Of a stretch of 44,894 bases of DNA, positions 1-7,804 are shown one piece after another. The notes below the pieces were generated by a model that saw nothing but the letters and a program-made list of their open reading frames with translations, did no database searches and was not told the origin of the DNA. This stretch comes from a virus (taxonomy: Duplodnaviria; Caudoviricetes), in IMG/VR virus record IMGVR_UViG_3300037423_001351, positions 1-44,894 of that record, one strand, 5' to 3'. Position numbers and translations under genes: made by a program. How positions within the stretch are numbered: the first letter of the stretch is position 1; each line of letters starts with the position of its first letter.

Positions 1-71
1 CGTCATTCTCCTCGATCACCGCACCGCTGCGGTGTGAGTGTGTTATGACGCATGCATTCCTGGGATGCGGG

Positions 72-124
72 TGGCTTACGCTATTCCGTAAATTGCCCAC
101 GAACTCACGCAATAGCGTAAGCCA
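72..124. repeat. perfect 14-bp inverted repeat with 25-nt spacer
   Basis: tggcttacgctatt (72-85) / aatagcgtaagcca (111-124). Confidence 0.85.
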
Positions 125-210
125 TGGGTGCCCATGGGAGCGCTGGAGACCCATGGGAACGCCGCGAACGCCTGGACGCCAGAGAGCTTGAGACTCCCTG
201 GCGCCTGGTC

Positions 211-297
211 TTAATGGACGATCAGATCGGACCCCCAATCCTCATGGGCACAACAGGCGATCAGTGCGATCGCCGCGAACACGAGGATCCAGCTCAA
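211..297 (-). CDS. tiny hydrophobic peptide (28 aa, MSWILVFAAIALIACCAHEDWGSDLIVH)
   Basis: TTG start overlaps the upstream stop (TTGA), GAGGAG SD; this start is not called in the ORF track. Confidence 0.4.
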   Translation of the reverse strand: MSWILVFAAIALIACCAHEDWGSDLIVH

Positions 298-467
298 TAT
301 GCGTCTCCTCTCTTGGCCTTGCGGCGTTCCCAGCGAGCCCGGCGGCCGGCGCGTTCGATGTCGGCGTCGAGATCCCTGGTGCTCATCGGCGCAATGCCGG
401 TGGCGAGCGCATAGGCAATGCTCTCCTCGCGGTAGTCGCCGCCGCGGTCGGTGCGGTGCGCTCTCAC
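294..467 (-). CDS. hypothetical protein (57 aa)
   Basis: GTGA start/stop overlap with upstream ORF; my translation VRAHRTDRGGDYREESIAYALATGIAPM...; below the ORF-track cutoff. Confidence 0.55.
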   Translation of the reverse strand: MRAHRTDRGGDYREESIAYALATGIAPMSTRDLDADIERAGRRARWERRKAKRGDAY

Positions 468-643
468 GAGCGCACCTGACCGATCTTGAGCGCAACGCCG
501 TTGGTCTCTGACCAGCGACCGCGAACCTTGCTGACGTGACGACGCGAAGCACCGCGCATCTCGTTACCGTGAGCGTGCGCAGGTGCGCATTTGGTCACAC
601 CGTTCTTTGCGATGTGCGCTGCGATCATCTCTTGCTGTGTCAT
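464..643 (-). CDS. hypothetical protein (59 aa, IAAHIAKNGVTKCAP motif)
   Basis: ATG preceded by GAGAAGG SD and the conserved hairpin at 665-681; translated by hand. Confidence 0.65.
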   Translation of the reverse strand: MTQQEMIAAHIAKNGVTKCAPAHAHGNEMRGASRRHVSKVRGRWSETNGVALKIGQVRS

Positions 644-1010
644 GTGCGTTCAACCTTCTCTTTCGCGGTCACCGCGACCGCTGAAGAGAAATTGCGCTGA
701 TTCGCTGCGGACTGCGCGCGGCTTCGAGATACAGACAAAAACGCCGTTTCTGTCTGTATGGCGGCCGGGGAGCGGCTTTTGCGCCATGGCTTCCCATGGG
801 AGCGCTGGGTCATTTAACAGTAGGGCTGTTAAATACCGCGGCACTGTTAGATCCATGGGTTTCCAGGAGGACGCTGAGAGCCACGGTGCCAGGGGTTCCC
901 AGGGTGCCAGGAGGACGAGGACGCCATGGGTGCCCATGGATTTTCCCGCATGTCAGATGCGGAGAAGTTGCGCGCAAATGGGATTCTTGCGCCATGGCGG
1001 GTTTCGCGCA

Positions 1011-1052
1011 AACAAAAAGCCGGCGCCCTTCTCAAGAGGCAGCCGGCTCTTT
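1011..1052 (-). terminator. rho-independent terminator
   Basis: minus strand agccggctgcctcttgagaagggcgccggct followed by ttttgttt, downstream of ORF 1150-1446. Confidence 0.75.
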
Positions 1053-1149
1053 GCCCCACCAGGCGTTCGTTGGTCCGGCCGCGGGAGGAGATTGAACTCT
1101 ACCGTGTCCGGCGAGGCGCCTGGCAGTTCGGTCTTGGGAATTTAGGTGG

Positions 1150-1446
1150 CTACATCACCGTGCGCAAGCGCTCGTCGCCGGTCTCTTCGTATTTGGCGTA
1201 TGCCTCGGTGCCAGGTTCAGGGAGCGCCAGAATCTGAAACAGATCGAAGCCAGTGCCGCCCGCTCCGGTCTCATCGAGATCGTGGCGAGCCTTCTGGAGC
1301 TTGGCGATCAGCTGCTCCACGAAGTCGATCTTCCCAGGGTGCGTGTCCTCGCCGGGGTCATTGCCGACGATCAGCACGGACTCAAGATAATCGGCGAGCT
1401 CGGCGCTCATGGTGATCGTGGCTCGCACGGTCTTTGGGTTGCTCAT
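1150..1446 (-). CDS. hypothetical protein
   Basis: GAGGAG SD, upstream hairpin and promoter-like element, downstream terminator. Confidence 0.8.
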   Translation of the reverse strand: MSNPKTVRATITMSAELADYLESVLIVGNDPGEDTHPGKIDFVEQLIAKLQKARHDLDETGAGGTGFDLFQILALPEPGTEAYAKYEETGDERLRTVM

Positions 1447-1885
1447 GGTCTCTTGTCTCCTCTGCGGTCACCGCGACCGCTTGAGTCTTAATAGCATTGC
1501 TGCTAACACACACAAGCGGGTTTGGAACCCACGGAGACGCAGGATGCCGAGTATCCGAGGACGCCTGGATGCCATGGACTTGAGGACGCCTCGGACGCCT
1601 GAACCCTGGAGACCAGCATACCCATGGGCTGATAGCGCACCTGCCGCGCGCAGGAGTTGGCGGATTTTGCTAACTATTGGGATTTAGCGGGATTCCGGGT
1701 ATTTTGGAGCGCCGCTGTGTAGGGCGAAAATGCGTGTGAGGGGTTTGTTGGGTCTGCGTGCGCGAATCGACCGCCAAACTATCGGAGATTCCACCACACA
1801 TTCGCATGCCTTCCCACACACACGCATTCCCATGGGATCGAGGCACTCCTTTGGGTCTCTATACCCTATTGGGGATGCCTCTCCG

Positions 1886-2086
1886 TTATACCCTATGGGC
1901 ACTAGCAGTCGCACGAGCACCCTTGGACGCCTTGCCCTTACGGACTCTCCTAGCCCACTTGGCTTCGACGTTCCTTGAGTTGCGATGCCAGCGTATCTTT
2001 GCCTTCAGGCACTCGAAGCATCCCCATGTTGTGAGATCCTTGGCATACCTGTCCTTCTTGATGCCGTGCCTACAGCGACTACTCAT
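1886..2086 (-). CDS. basic hypothetical protein (CxxC)
   Basis: ATGA overlap with upstream stop. Confidence 0.5.
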   Translation of the reverse strand: MSSRCRHGIKKDRYAKDLTTWGCFECLKAKIRWHRNSRNVEAKWARRVRKGKASKGARATASAHRV

Positions 2087-2217
2087 GGACGCCTGATCCC
2101 CAGTCGCTCATCGAGCCATTGGCGGTAAGCCTCACCCTCTGCTTCACGCCGGAGCCTATTCATTCTCTGTGCGTGGGCCAGTGCCTCATTGGCTTCCTTG
2201 ATGGTTGGGAGCTTCAT
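2083..2217 (-). CDS. hypothetical protein (44 aa)
   Basis: ATGA overlap; MKLPTIKEANEALAHAQ... Confidence 0.6.
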   Translation of the reverse strand: MKLPTIKEANEALAHAQRMNRLRREAEGEAYRQWLDERLGIRRP

Positions 2218-2486
2218 GACCAGCTCGCATAGCCTGGCGTTCGTTCCAAGGCTTCCTGTTGCAGTCCTAGTTCCGCTCGCGTCTTTGCGACGAGTGGCAA
2301 CTGATCCGGTGGGCATGCGTCCTCGCCTAACCAGTTTTCGAGGCGGGTGAAGGTCGTGTCTTGGTTGTGGGTATACAGGATCGCCGCGTGTTTGAGTGCC
2401 TCGGCGAGATTGGGGAAGTCCTGATACAGGTGCATGCCTTCGCAATCGTCCCAGTGCAGTCTGAAGCCTCCCTCGGGGATGGTCAT
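2214..2486 (-). CDS. hypothetical protein
   Basis: ATGA-coupled ORF in operon. Confidence 0.7.
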   Translation of the reverse strand: MTIPEGGFRLHWDDCEGMHLYQDFPNLAEALKHAAILYTHNQDTTFTRLENWLGEDACPPDQLPLVAKTRAELGLQQEALERTPGYASWS

Positions 2487-2683
2487 CGCCGCACCATTCC
2501 GTCGATTGCGTCTAGGTCCGCCAGTTTCAGGACGCCTTTGCTTGATTGCGTGTCGATGGTTGGCCTGAAATGCTCCAGCGCCTCGATCAGCACTCGCCGT
2601 TGTGCTTCGGTGAGCCTAATCATCCGGTTGGGCGTATACGGCGTGTGGATATATTCCCGTTTTGATGAGCGTGGGCTTTTCAT
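2483..2683 (-). CDS. hypothetical protein
   Basis: ATGA-coupled ORF, start reassigned to MKSPRSS. Confidence 0.6.
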   Translation of the reverse strand: MKSPRSSKREYIHTPYTPNRMIRLTEAQRRVLIEALEHFRPTIDTQSSKGVLKLADLDAIDGMVRR

Positions 2684-2934
2684 TCGTCGTTGCCCTTTGC
2701 CATGCGTGCGTTGCGGTTCATTGGGTATTCGATCTGCGTCCATCTGATGCGACCGATGGTTGGCTCGTCTGCCCTTAGCCGATCGAGCGCTTCCATCTCT
2801 GTGATGCCGCGGACGGTTCCGGTTTTGCCGGTGGGGAACGTCATGCCGTAGTCGTCGCGCTCGGTGCGTTCTTCCCAATGCCATATCTTCGCCTTGGGGT
2901 GCGGCTCGCCGTAGAGCTTGATGCTGTGGGTCAT
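2680..2934 (-). CDS. hypothetical protein
   Basis: ATGA-coupled ORF, start MTHSIKLY. Confidence 0.65.
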   Translation of the reverse strand: MTHSIKLYGEPHPKAKIWHWEERTERDDYGMTFPTGKTGTVRGITEMEALDRLRADEPTIGRIRWTQIEYPMNRNARMAKGNDE

Positions 2935-3107
2935 GCCTGCCACCATCCCCGATCCCATGCTCCCCATACCTGCGGTTCGAGCGCTTGGTTATGTGGGTTG
3001 GCGCCTCGTTCCTTTCCATCGAGCTTGGCTTGCCGGCCGGCTTCCTCTGCTCGGTCGCGTTGCAGTTCGCGGCGTGCTCGATTGGGATTGTTATGTCCGT
3101 GGCCCAT
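2931..3107 (-). CDS. ribosome modulation factor-like (Rmf/CrpP fold) protein, 58 aa
   Basis: hand translation QRDRAEEAGRQAKLDGKERGANPH...AWDRGWWQA fits the RMF pattern G-x2-A-x3-G-x5-[CN]P[YH]...W-x2-GW; missed by the ORF track. Confidence 0.65.
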   Translation of the reverse strand: MGHGHNNPNRARRELQRDRAEEAGRQAKLDGKERGANPHNQALEPQVWGAWDRGWWQA

Positions 3108-3109
3108 AC

Positions 3110-3373
3110 CTACGCTCCTATGATCGCCCAGTATCCCGGCGCCTCGACGTATATGCCGTCCGTGCGCCGCTCCTGGTAGCTGATGCCAGCGCCAGTGTAA
3201 TAGATGATTGCCGTGTCCAGGAGCTTCATGTCGGTGTCGCTCGGCACGGTGGCTTGGATCTCGGCTTTCCAGTGGGGCTTTGGCTGCACGAGCTCGAAGG
3301 CTTCTTTGAGCTGCTCGCTGGTGTAACCGCCGCGCATCGCGTCAAGCCAGGTGTCTAGGTTCGTCACGTTCAT
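3110..3373 (-). CDS. hypothetical phage protein
   Basis: GAGGAG SD plus hairpin 3381-3396. Confidence 0.8.
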   Translation of the reverse strand: MNVTNLDTWLDAMRGGYTSEQLKEAFELVQPKPHWKAEIQATVPSDTDMKLLDTAIIYYTGAGISYQERRTDGIYVEAPGYWAIIGA

Positions 3374-3439
3374 CTCCTCTCGGTCACCGCTGACCGTGAT
3401 TCGTTGATAGACGATGCTTCGGTGGGGTGCGCGTGGCTT

Positions 3440-3730
3440 TTAGAACGTGCCGACATGCTCTTCCCATGGACGGAGCTCGGCCCGCTCGATGTTCTCGACC
3501 CAGGCATCCGGTGCATACTGGGCGAGGGTGGTCACTGGAACGCCGGTGTCCTCATGCACGACCAGGCTATCCTTGAAGTGCTTCTGCGCCATGATCTCCT
3601 CGATCTCCTTGGGGTAGCGCTCGTCGAGGGTGATGAGGATGAAGCCGCTGACCCGCTCTGCCGTGCATGGATCCCCGTTCATCCATTGGACCGGCCGCTT
3701 CCAGTCGACGGGCGGGCGTTCGAGGAGCAT
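3440..3730 (-). CDS. hypothetical protein ending ...VGTF
   Basis: start directly abuts upstream TAA. Confidence 0.75.
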   Translation of the reverse strand: MLLERPPVDWKRPVQWMNGDPCTAERVSGFILITLDERYPKEIEEIMAQKHFKDSLVVHEDTGVPVTTLAQYAPDAWVENIERAELRPWEEHVGTF

Positions 3731-4102
3731 TTAGAACGATCCCCATCCGGGTAGCTCTTCTAGCGCTTGCATGCGTCGAGCGCGTCTAGCTTGCTCGAAT
3801 ATCTCTCTTGCGCGTTCTCGCTGCTCTGCGAGCGTCTGTGATGCTTCGCGGTCGCGTTTCTCTTGTGCAATGCGCTTGATCGCTTCGCGCTGCGTTCGTT
3901 CGCTATCGAGGGCAAAGCCAACCTGCTGCTCCAGGCATTTTCGTGCGACCAGGACGCCAGCTTTCTCGGAGAGGATGCGCAGCGGCTTGGCGTTGTGGTC
4001 CTTGGCGAGGATGATCGCCGCCTGGATCGCCGTGGATACATCAGGTTGCGTGACGGTCTGAAACATGCCGTCCTCGTCCTCGTATTGAAGCGTGACGCTC
4101 AT
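3731..4102 (-). CDS. hypothetical protein ending ...PGWGSF
   Basis: ORF with charged helical C-terminal half. Confidence 0.8.
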   Translation of the reverse strand: MSVTLQYEDEDGMFQTVTQPDVSTAIQAAIILAKDHNAKPLRILSEKAGVLVARKCLEQQVGFALDSERTQREAIKRIAQEKRDREASQTLAEQRERAREIFEQARRARRMQALEELPGWGSF

Positions 4103-4127
4103 GCCGTGGCGAGGAAGAGCTTCTTGC

Positions 4128-4286
4128 TCATCGCTGGGATGCCCTTTCTCGCCGTTCCCGCAGTGTGACGTAGGCGGCGTCCCTGGCTTCCTGTGACCCT
4201 GCCTCGCGAGACAGTCGGTCGAGCTCGGCGTTGGAATAGATCGTGCTGCTGAATCTTTCGAGGCAGCGTTCGTAGCGGTCGCTCAT
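4128..4286 (-). CDS. hypothetical protein (52 aa)
   Basis: ATGA overlap; MSDRYERCLERF... Confidence 0.55.
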   Translation of the reverse strand: MSDRYERCLERFSSTIYSNAELDRLSREAGSQEARDAAYVTLRERRERASQR

Positions 4287-4702
4287 ATCCGCCGAGCCTT
4301 CCGCTTCTTGTTCTTGCCGAGCATTCGCTTGAGGCTCTCGCTCTGCGGTCGGTAGCGCTGCGCATGCCGTGGATGCATGCCCAGGTCGTATTTCAGGCCG
4401 CGGAAGTCGTATGGATCCGGCGGTGGTGGTGGGGCAGGTGGCTCCGCTGCCTTGCGAGCGTCGATCTGCTCGCGGGTCTCGAACTGCGGATGCCCTGGAT
4501 AGTGCGGTGACAGCACCCAGCCGCGGCGGTTCACCCAGTCCTCGCCAATGTCGCGAGCGCAATCGCCGCAATACCACTTGTCCATGCCGTGGTTGTAGAA
4601 GAGCGCCGGCTCGGCCTGACATGACTGACGGTTGCAGGCGCCGCCTTCGAGACCCTTGTTGGGTTTGAGGGGCGCGTCGAGCGGGAGATCGCCGTAAGCC
4701 AT
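4283..4702 (-). CDS. Cys-rich hypothetical protein (CNRQSC...YCGDC)
   Basis: TAATG coupling; putative Zn-binding cysteines. Confidence 0.7.
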   Translation of the reverse strand: MAYGDLPLDAPLKPNKGLEGGACNRQSCQAEPALFYNHGMDKWYCGDCARDIGEDWVNRRGWVLSPHYPGHPQFETREQIDARKAAEPPAPPPPPDPYDFRGLKYDLGMHPRHAQRYRPQSESLKRMLGKNKKRKARRI

Positions 4703-4980
4703 TAGCTCCAGTCTCCTGCACGGTAGGCGGGGTTCGCATCGCATGCGGGGTGATGGGTGCCGTGCGGCTTGTGGCACTGCTTGCAGACCTGATCTTGGGG
4801 GCCTGGGGCGCCGTAGAACAGGCGGCGGAAGCCTGCGAACGCAATGTCGTAGGCGGCAGCCTCACGCTTGGTGAGATCGCCATAGTGGTCTCGCATGGTC
4901 TCCAAGGCTTCGAGGGTGCCAGGGAGCATGCGATCTTCCTGAAACTCCTTCACGACCGCCAGTGCTTCGTCGTTCGTCAC
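4702..4980 (-). CDS. hypothetical protein (C-terminal CxxC...HxxxC)
   Basis: GAGGAG SD plus hairpin 4996-5011. Confidence 0.75.
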   Translation of the reverse strand: MTNDEALAVVKEFQEDRMLPGTLEALETMRDHYGDLTKREAAAYDIAFAGFRRLFYGAPGPQDQVCKQCHKPHGTHHPACDANPAYRAGDWS

Positions 4981-5061
4981 GTCTTTCTCCTCATGCGGTC
5001 ACCGCTGACCGTGATTCTCTTGTAGTCGGTGGTCCTGTCGGATGCGGGTGGCTTCGGGTGC

Positions 5062-5382
5062 CTAGAAGATCGCCAGGTCTTTCATCTCTTCCATGGCAGC
5101 ATCCCTCGCGGCTCTCTTCGCGTAGATCGCCTTGTGGTGGTGGTAGATGCCGCTGTTGACCCGCAGCTGTGCGTTATGGCCGTCGAAGGAGAGAGCATCG
5201 ATCAGCTCACCCTTCTTCGTGATGAAGCCGTGGGCCACGAGCTCCTCGTAGACCGGCGTGGACAACGGGTTGTCGGCACACGCCACGCCTTTGAAGAACT
5301 GGAGCCCTTCGAGCGCCGCCGGTGACAGCTCGTCGATGCGGAAATCGATCGGATTCCGCGGTAGCTCCACCATGTCGCTCAT
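5062..5382 (-). CDS. hypothetical protein ending ...DLAIF
   Basis: ATGA-coupled ORF. Confidence 0.75.
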   Translation of the reverse strand: MSDMVELPRNPIDFRIDELSPAALEGLQFFKGVACADNPLSTPVYEELVAHGFITKKGELIDALSFDGHNAQLRVNSGIYHHHKAIYAKRAARDAAMEEMKDLAIF

Positions 5383-5579
5383 GGGTGCTTCTGCCAGAAG
5401 CCAACGCCGGCCGCGCGGGTGATGGACACCTTGCCCTGCTCGAACAAGCCGTTGAGCGCGATCACTGGGTCGAAGCCAACCTCCTGCTGGATCTCATCGG
5501 TCGTGCGGAGCCTGCCGTCCCTCAACAGGTAGAGGACGGCGTTCTCTTTCGCCGCGAGCGATTGGTCAGTTTTCGTCAA
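5379..5579 (-). CDS. small possible winged-helix protein
   Basis: TTGA overlap, GAGGAG SD; VLYLLRDGRLRTTDEIQQEVG...ALNGLFEQGKV resembles a wHTH. Confidence 0.5.
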   Translation of the reverse strand: MTKTDQSLAAKENAVLYLLRDGRLRTTDEIQQEVGFDPVIALNGLFEQGKVSITRAAGVGFWQKHP

Positions 5580-5716
5580 GCTAGGCGACTCCTCTGTCCT
5601 GGGTGGAAGCAGTGACCGACTAGCGCCTGGGGATGAAGGATGACGCGCTTGCCGTCCCACTCGACGGCGAGCCAGTGAATGCCGTTATGCGTGACGGTCA
5701 CGAACTTGGCGCTCAT
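5576..5716 (-). CDS. hypothetical protein (46 aa)
   Basis: ATGA overlap. Confidence 0.55.
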   Translation of the reverse strand: MSAKFVTVTHNGIHWLAVEWDGKRVILHPQALVGHCFHPGQRSRLA

Positions 5717-5982
5717 CGGAAGAGCCTCAATCCAGACTCGACCGCATTGTCGCCTGCAGCGTCCCAACGCTCGCCGAAGTTGCTGAGCCAATGCATCGCC
5801 GCATCGAGCTCCTGCCTGCGCTCCTCGGTCTCGGCCGGCGGGATATAGTTGGACTTCTCACCGTCCCTCACCGCCCAGCACTCGAACATCAGCTCGTCGG
5901 CGCTCATGTTGGGCAGCTTGTGTGCCTCGCAATACGCCTTGAGTTCGTCGCACAGCTTCAACTCCTCTGCGCTCCATGACAT
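5713..5982 (-). CDS. hypothetical protein
   Basis: GAGGAG SD before MSWSAEEL. Confidence 0.75.
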   Translation of the reverse strand: MSWSAEELKLCDELKAYCEAHKLPNMSADELMFECWAVRDGEKSNYIPPAETEERRQELDAAMHWLSNFGERWDAAGDNAVESGLRLFR

Positions 5983-5996
5983 TTGTCGTCTCCTCA

Positions 5997-6362
5997 TCAG
6001 TCGAAGTCCACGTCCGACGCCCAATCGGCCCACTTCTCGCGCCAGTATTCCAGCTCCTCGCCTTCACACTTGCGGACGCCGTTGCAGAAACCGCCGAAGA
6101 TGTGCCTCGTGCCGTTCACCGGCGGGAACACGTTGTTGCGATTGATGCTGCCTTTGAGGCTTTCGCGACCCTCGGACACGCGCCGGAACGGCTGGATCTC
6201 GTAGCGAGGACAGCCGCCGAGCATCTCGCCAATCGCGATCACGCGACCAAGGACGTAGCAATCATCCAGGAACTCGAAGTCATAGGAGCGAACCCAATCG
6301 CCCTTCTCGATCTTCACACAGTCCTCTTCGGTCTGCGACCGCCAATTCTGAATACCTGGCAT
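5997..6362 (-). CDS. hypothetical protein
   Basis: GAGGAG SD plus hairpin 6379-6394. Confidence 0.8.
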   Translation of the reverse strand: MPGIQNWRSQTEEDCVKIEKGDWVRSYDFEFLDDCYVLGRVIAIGEMLGGCPRYEIQPFRRVSEGRESLKGSINRNNVFPPVNGTRHIFGGFCNGVRKCEGEELEYWREKWADWASDVDFD

Positions 6363-6404
6363 TTCAATCTTCTCCTCTCGGTCACCGCTGACCGTGATTC
6401 TCTG

Positions 6405-6644
6405 TTACGCGAGCTCCGCTTGGGGTTCGGCTGGCAATTGATTGACGATGTGCGGGTATTCGTGCTCGCATCCGAGAATGCAGCCATGCTCGGCCGCCAC
6501 GAACACATACTGATCGCCGGTGGCGTCGACCCACTCCTTGCATGCCGTGACCTCGTAGTTCACAGGTCCACGGCTACCCCAGTCCCCGCTGATATTGGCC
6601 GGCTCGCCGGTCGACCAGGCGATAGGCTTTTCCCAGTCGATCAT
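6405..6644 (-). CDS. hypothetical protein
   Basis: TGATG coupling. Confidence 0.7.
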   Translation of the reverse strand: MIDWEKPIAWSTGEPANISGDWGSRGPVNYEVTACKEWVDATGDQYVFVAAEHGCILGCEHEYPHIVNQLPAEPQAELA

Positions 6645-6994
6645 CAGAATGAACCCCAGCCCTCGATCTCCACGGAAGCCTGGTCGAGTGCCTCCTGCAG
6701 TGCCTCGCGCAGCTTTGCTGGGTCAGGCGGCGGGGCGCCTGCATCGAACTTGCTGCGGATAGCCTGGCCCGCGAGGAGCTGCTCGAACTGGGCGTAGGAT
6801 ATGACCGTGGTGCCGTTGCGTTTCGCCGCGGCTGCCTTGGTCGTGTCGCTGCGCGATGCCACGAGGTAGTCGGTGTGCGGATACACCTTGTCGTGGATCG
6901 TGAAGCCGCGAGCCTCTGCCCTCGCCGACCAAATGTCGCGGGTGACAAGCTGGCCGCCGCTCGTGCCCTTGCCGGTGAAGCAGATGGAGCTCAT
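6644..6994 (-). CDS. stand-alone BRCT-domain protein ending ...EGWGSF
   Basis: ICFTGK...R...AEARG...V...TDYLVA...TKAAAAKRNGTTVISYAQF matches the BRCT of NAD-dependent ligase/RFC type. Confidence 0.75.
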   Translation of the reverse strand: MSSICFTGKGTSGGQLVTRDIWSARAEARGFTIHDKVYPHTDYLVASRSDTTKAAAAKRNGTTVISYAQFEQLLAGQAIRSKFDAGAPPPDPAKLREALQEALDQASVEIEGWGSF

Positions 6995-7233
6995 GGTTCC
7001 ATCACAATCGTCAGCTCGGGCCAATCGACTGCACGAGCAGCGCCGTCGAATTTGGTGCCGCTCACATCGTCGAGGATGAGGCGCATGCGTGTGATGCCCT
7101 CGTGATCGTCGAAGCCGTTGTAGGTGACGTGGGCGTCCCACAGCTTGAGCGCCTGGTCTGGATCCTCGGCGACGATGAACCAGTCGAGGTTGTCGCCCAT
7201 CGGATCGTCAGCCTGGACGTGATAGAGCTTCAT
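6991..7233 (-). CDS. hypothetical protein
   Basis: GAGGAG SD. Confidence 0.75.
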   Translation of the reverse strand: MKLYHVQADDPMGDNLDWFIVAEDPDQALKLWDAHVTYNGFDDHEGITRMRLILDDVSGTKFDGAARAVDWPELTIVMEP

Positions 7234-7247
7234 TGGTGTCTCCTCAT

Positions 7248-7395
7248 TGCTCGACTGGTGTCGAGCATTCGTTCGTGGATTGCGGGTGGGTTCGAGCGAG
7301 CCCGTCAGACGCGCTCACAGAGCGCGTGGGAGCGTCGGTGGTGTCGTCAGACCTGACGACCTCCCCAAGCTCGCTGGTGACGCTTAAATCGCGTC
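7248..7395. ncRNA. candidate structured RNA or leader
   Basis: several perfect stems (7248-7267, 7309-7327, 7343-7360, 7379-7395) and closing helix agcgagc/gctcgct. Confidence 0.3.
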
Positions 7396-7429
7396 TCCCG
7401 CGCGTGTTGCGTGGTGTCTGCACGGTCGC

Positions 7430-7747
7430 TTACCAATCGAACTCGGGGAGCCCTTCGATCAGCTCTGCGTCTTGATCGATGAGGATCCAATCGCACTGCT
7501 CAGCGATAGCCTGGTCGAAGATCGCCATGATGTTGCCGTCGATGCCGTCCTGCACGAGATCCTCGCGCTCGATGCCACCGATCGGAAGGAGCCAGCCGTA
7601 GGCGCCGTGTGGGTAGACGATGAAGCCGTCCGTCCAATCGCCGGGCTTCTGACCTTCGATGTCCAAGGCCACGCGCTCGGCGAGCTCCTCGGACTGCTGT
7701 TGGGTGATGTGCGCCGTGGACAGGCACAGCATTTTCTCGACGCTCAT
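7430..7747 (-). CDS. DUF5983-like protein
   Basis: LCLSTAHIT...YGWL...CDWILIDQDA...LPEFDW pattern; AGGAG SD. Confidence 0.65.
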   Translation of the reverse strand: MSVEKMLCLSTAHITQQQSEELAERVALDIEGQKPGDWTDGFIVYPHGAYGWLLPIGGIEREDLVQDGIDGNIMAIFDQAIAEQCDWILIDQDAELIEGLPEFDW

Positions 7748-7804
7748 GGGAACTCCTGAAATGCGGGGGTGCCCAGCGCGGACACCCCCGACTGTGGTGA
7801 CTTG

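Larger units (their letters stand above)
121..1835. repeat. CCATGG-rich degenerate short-repeat tracts (121-200, 781-1000, 1520-1835)
   Basis: 12 CCATGG copies; gccatgggtgcccatgg at 121 and 923; cccatgggagcgctgg at 131 and 793. Confidence 0.75.

Noticed and set aside
410-590. Hairpin-rich stretch as an ncRNA
   Set aside because: It is fully covered by coupled small ORFs (294-467, 464-643) with SD and overlap signals, so coding is the simpler explanation.
7343-7360. CTGACGA as a hammerhead ribozyme core
   Set aside because: No matching GAAA segment is in a suitable position, and the word is buried in a perfect stem.
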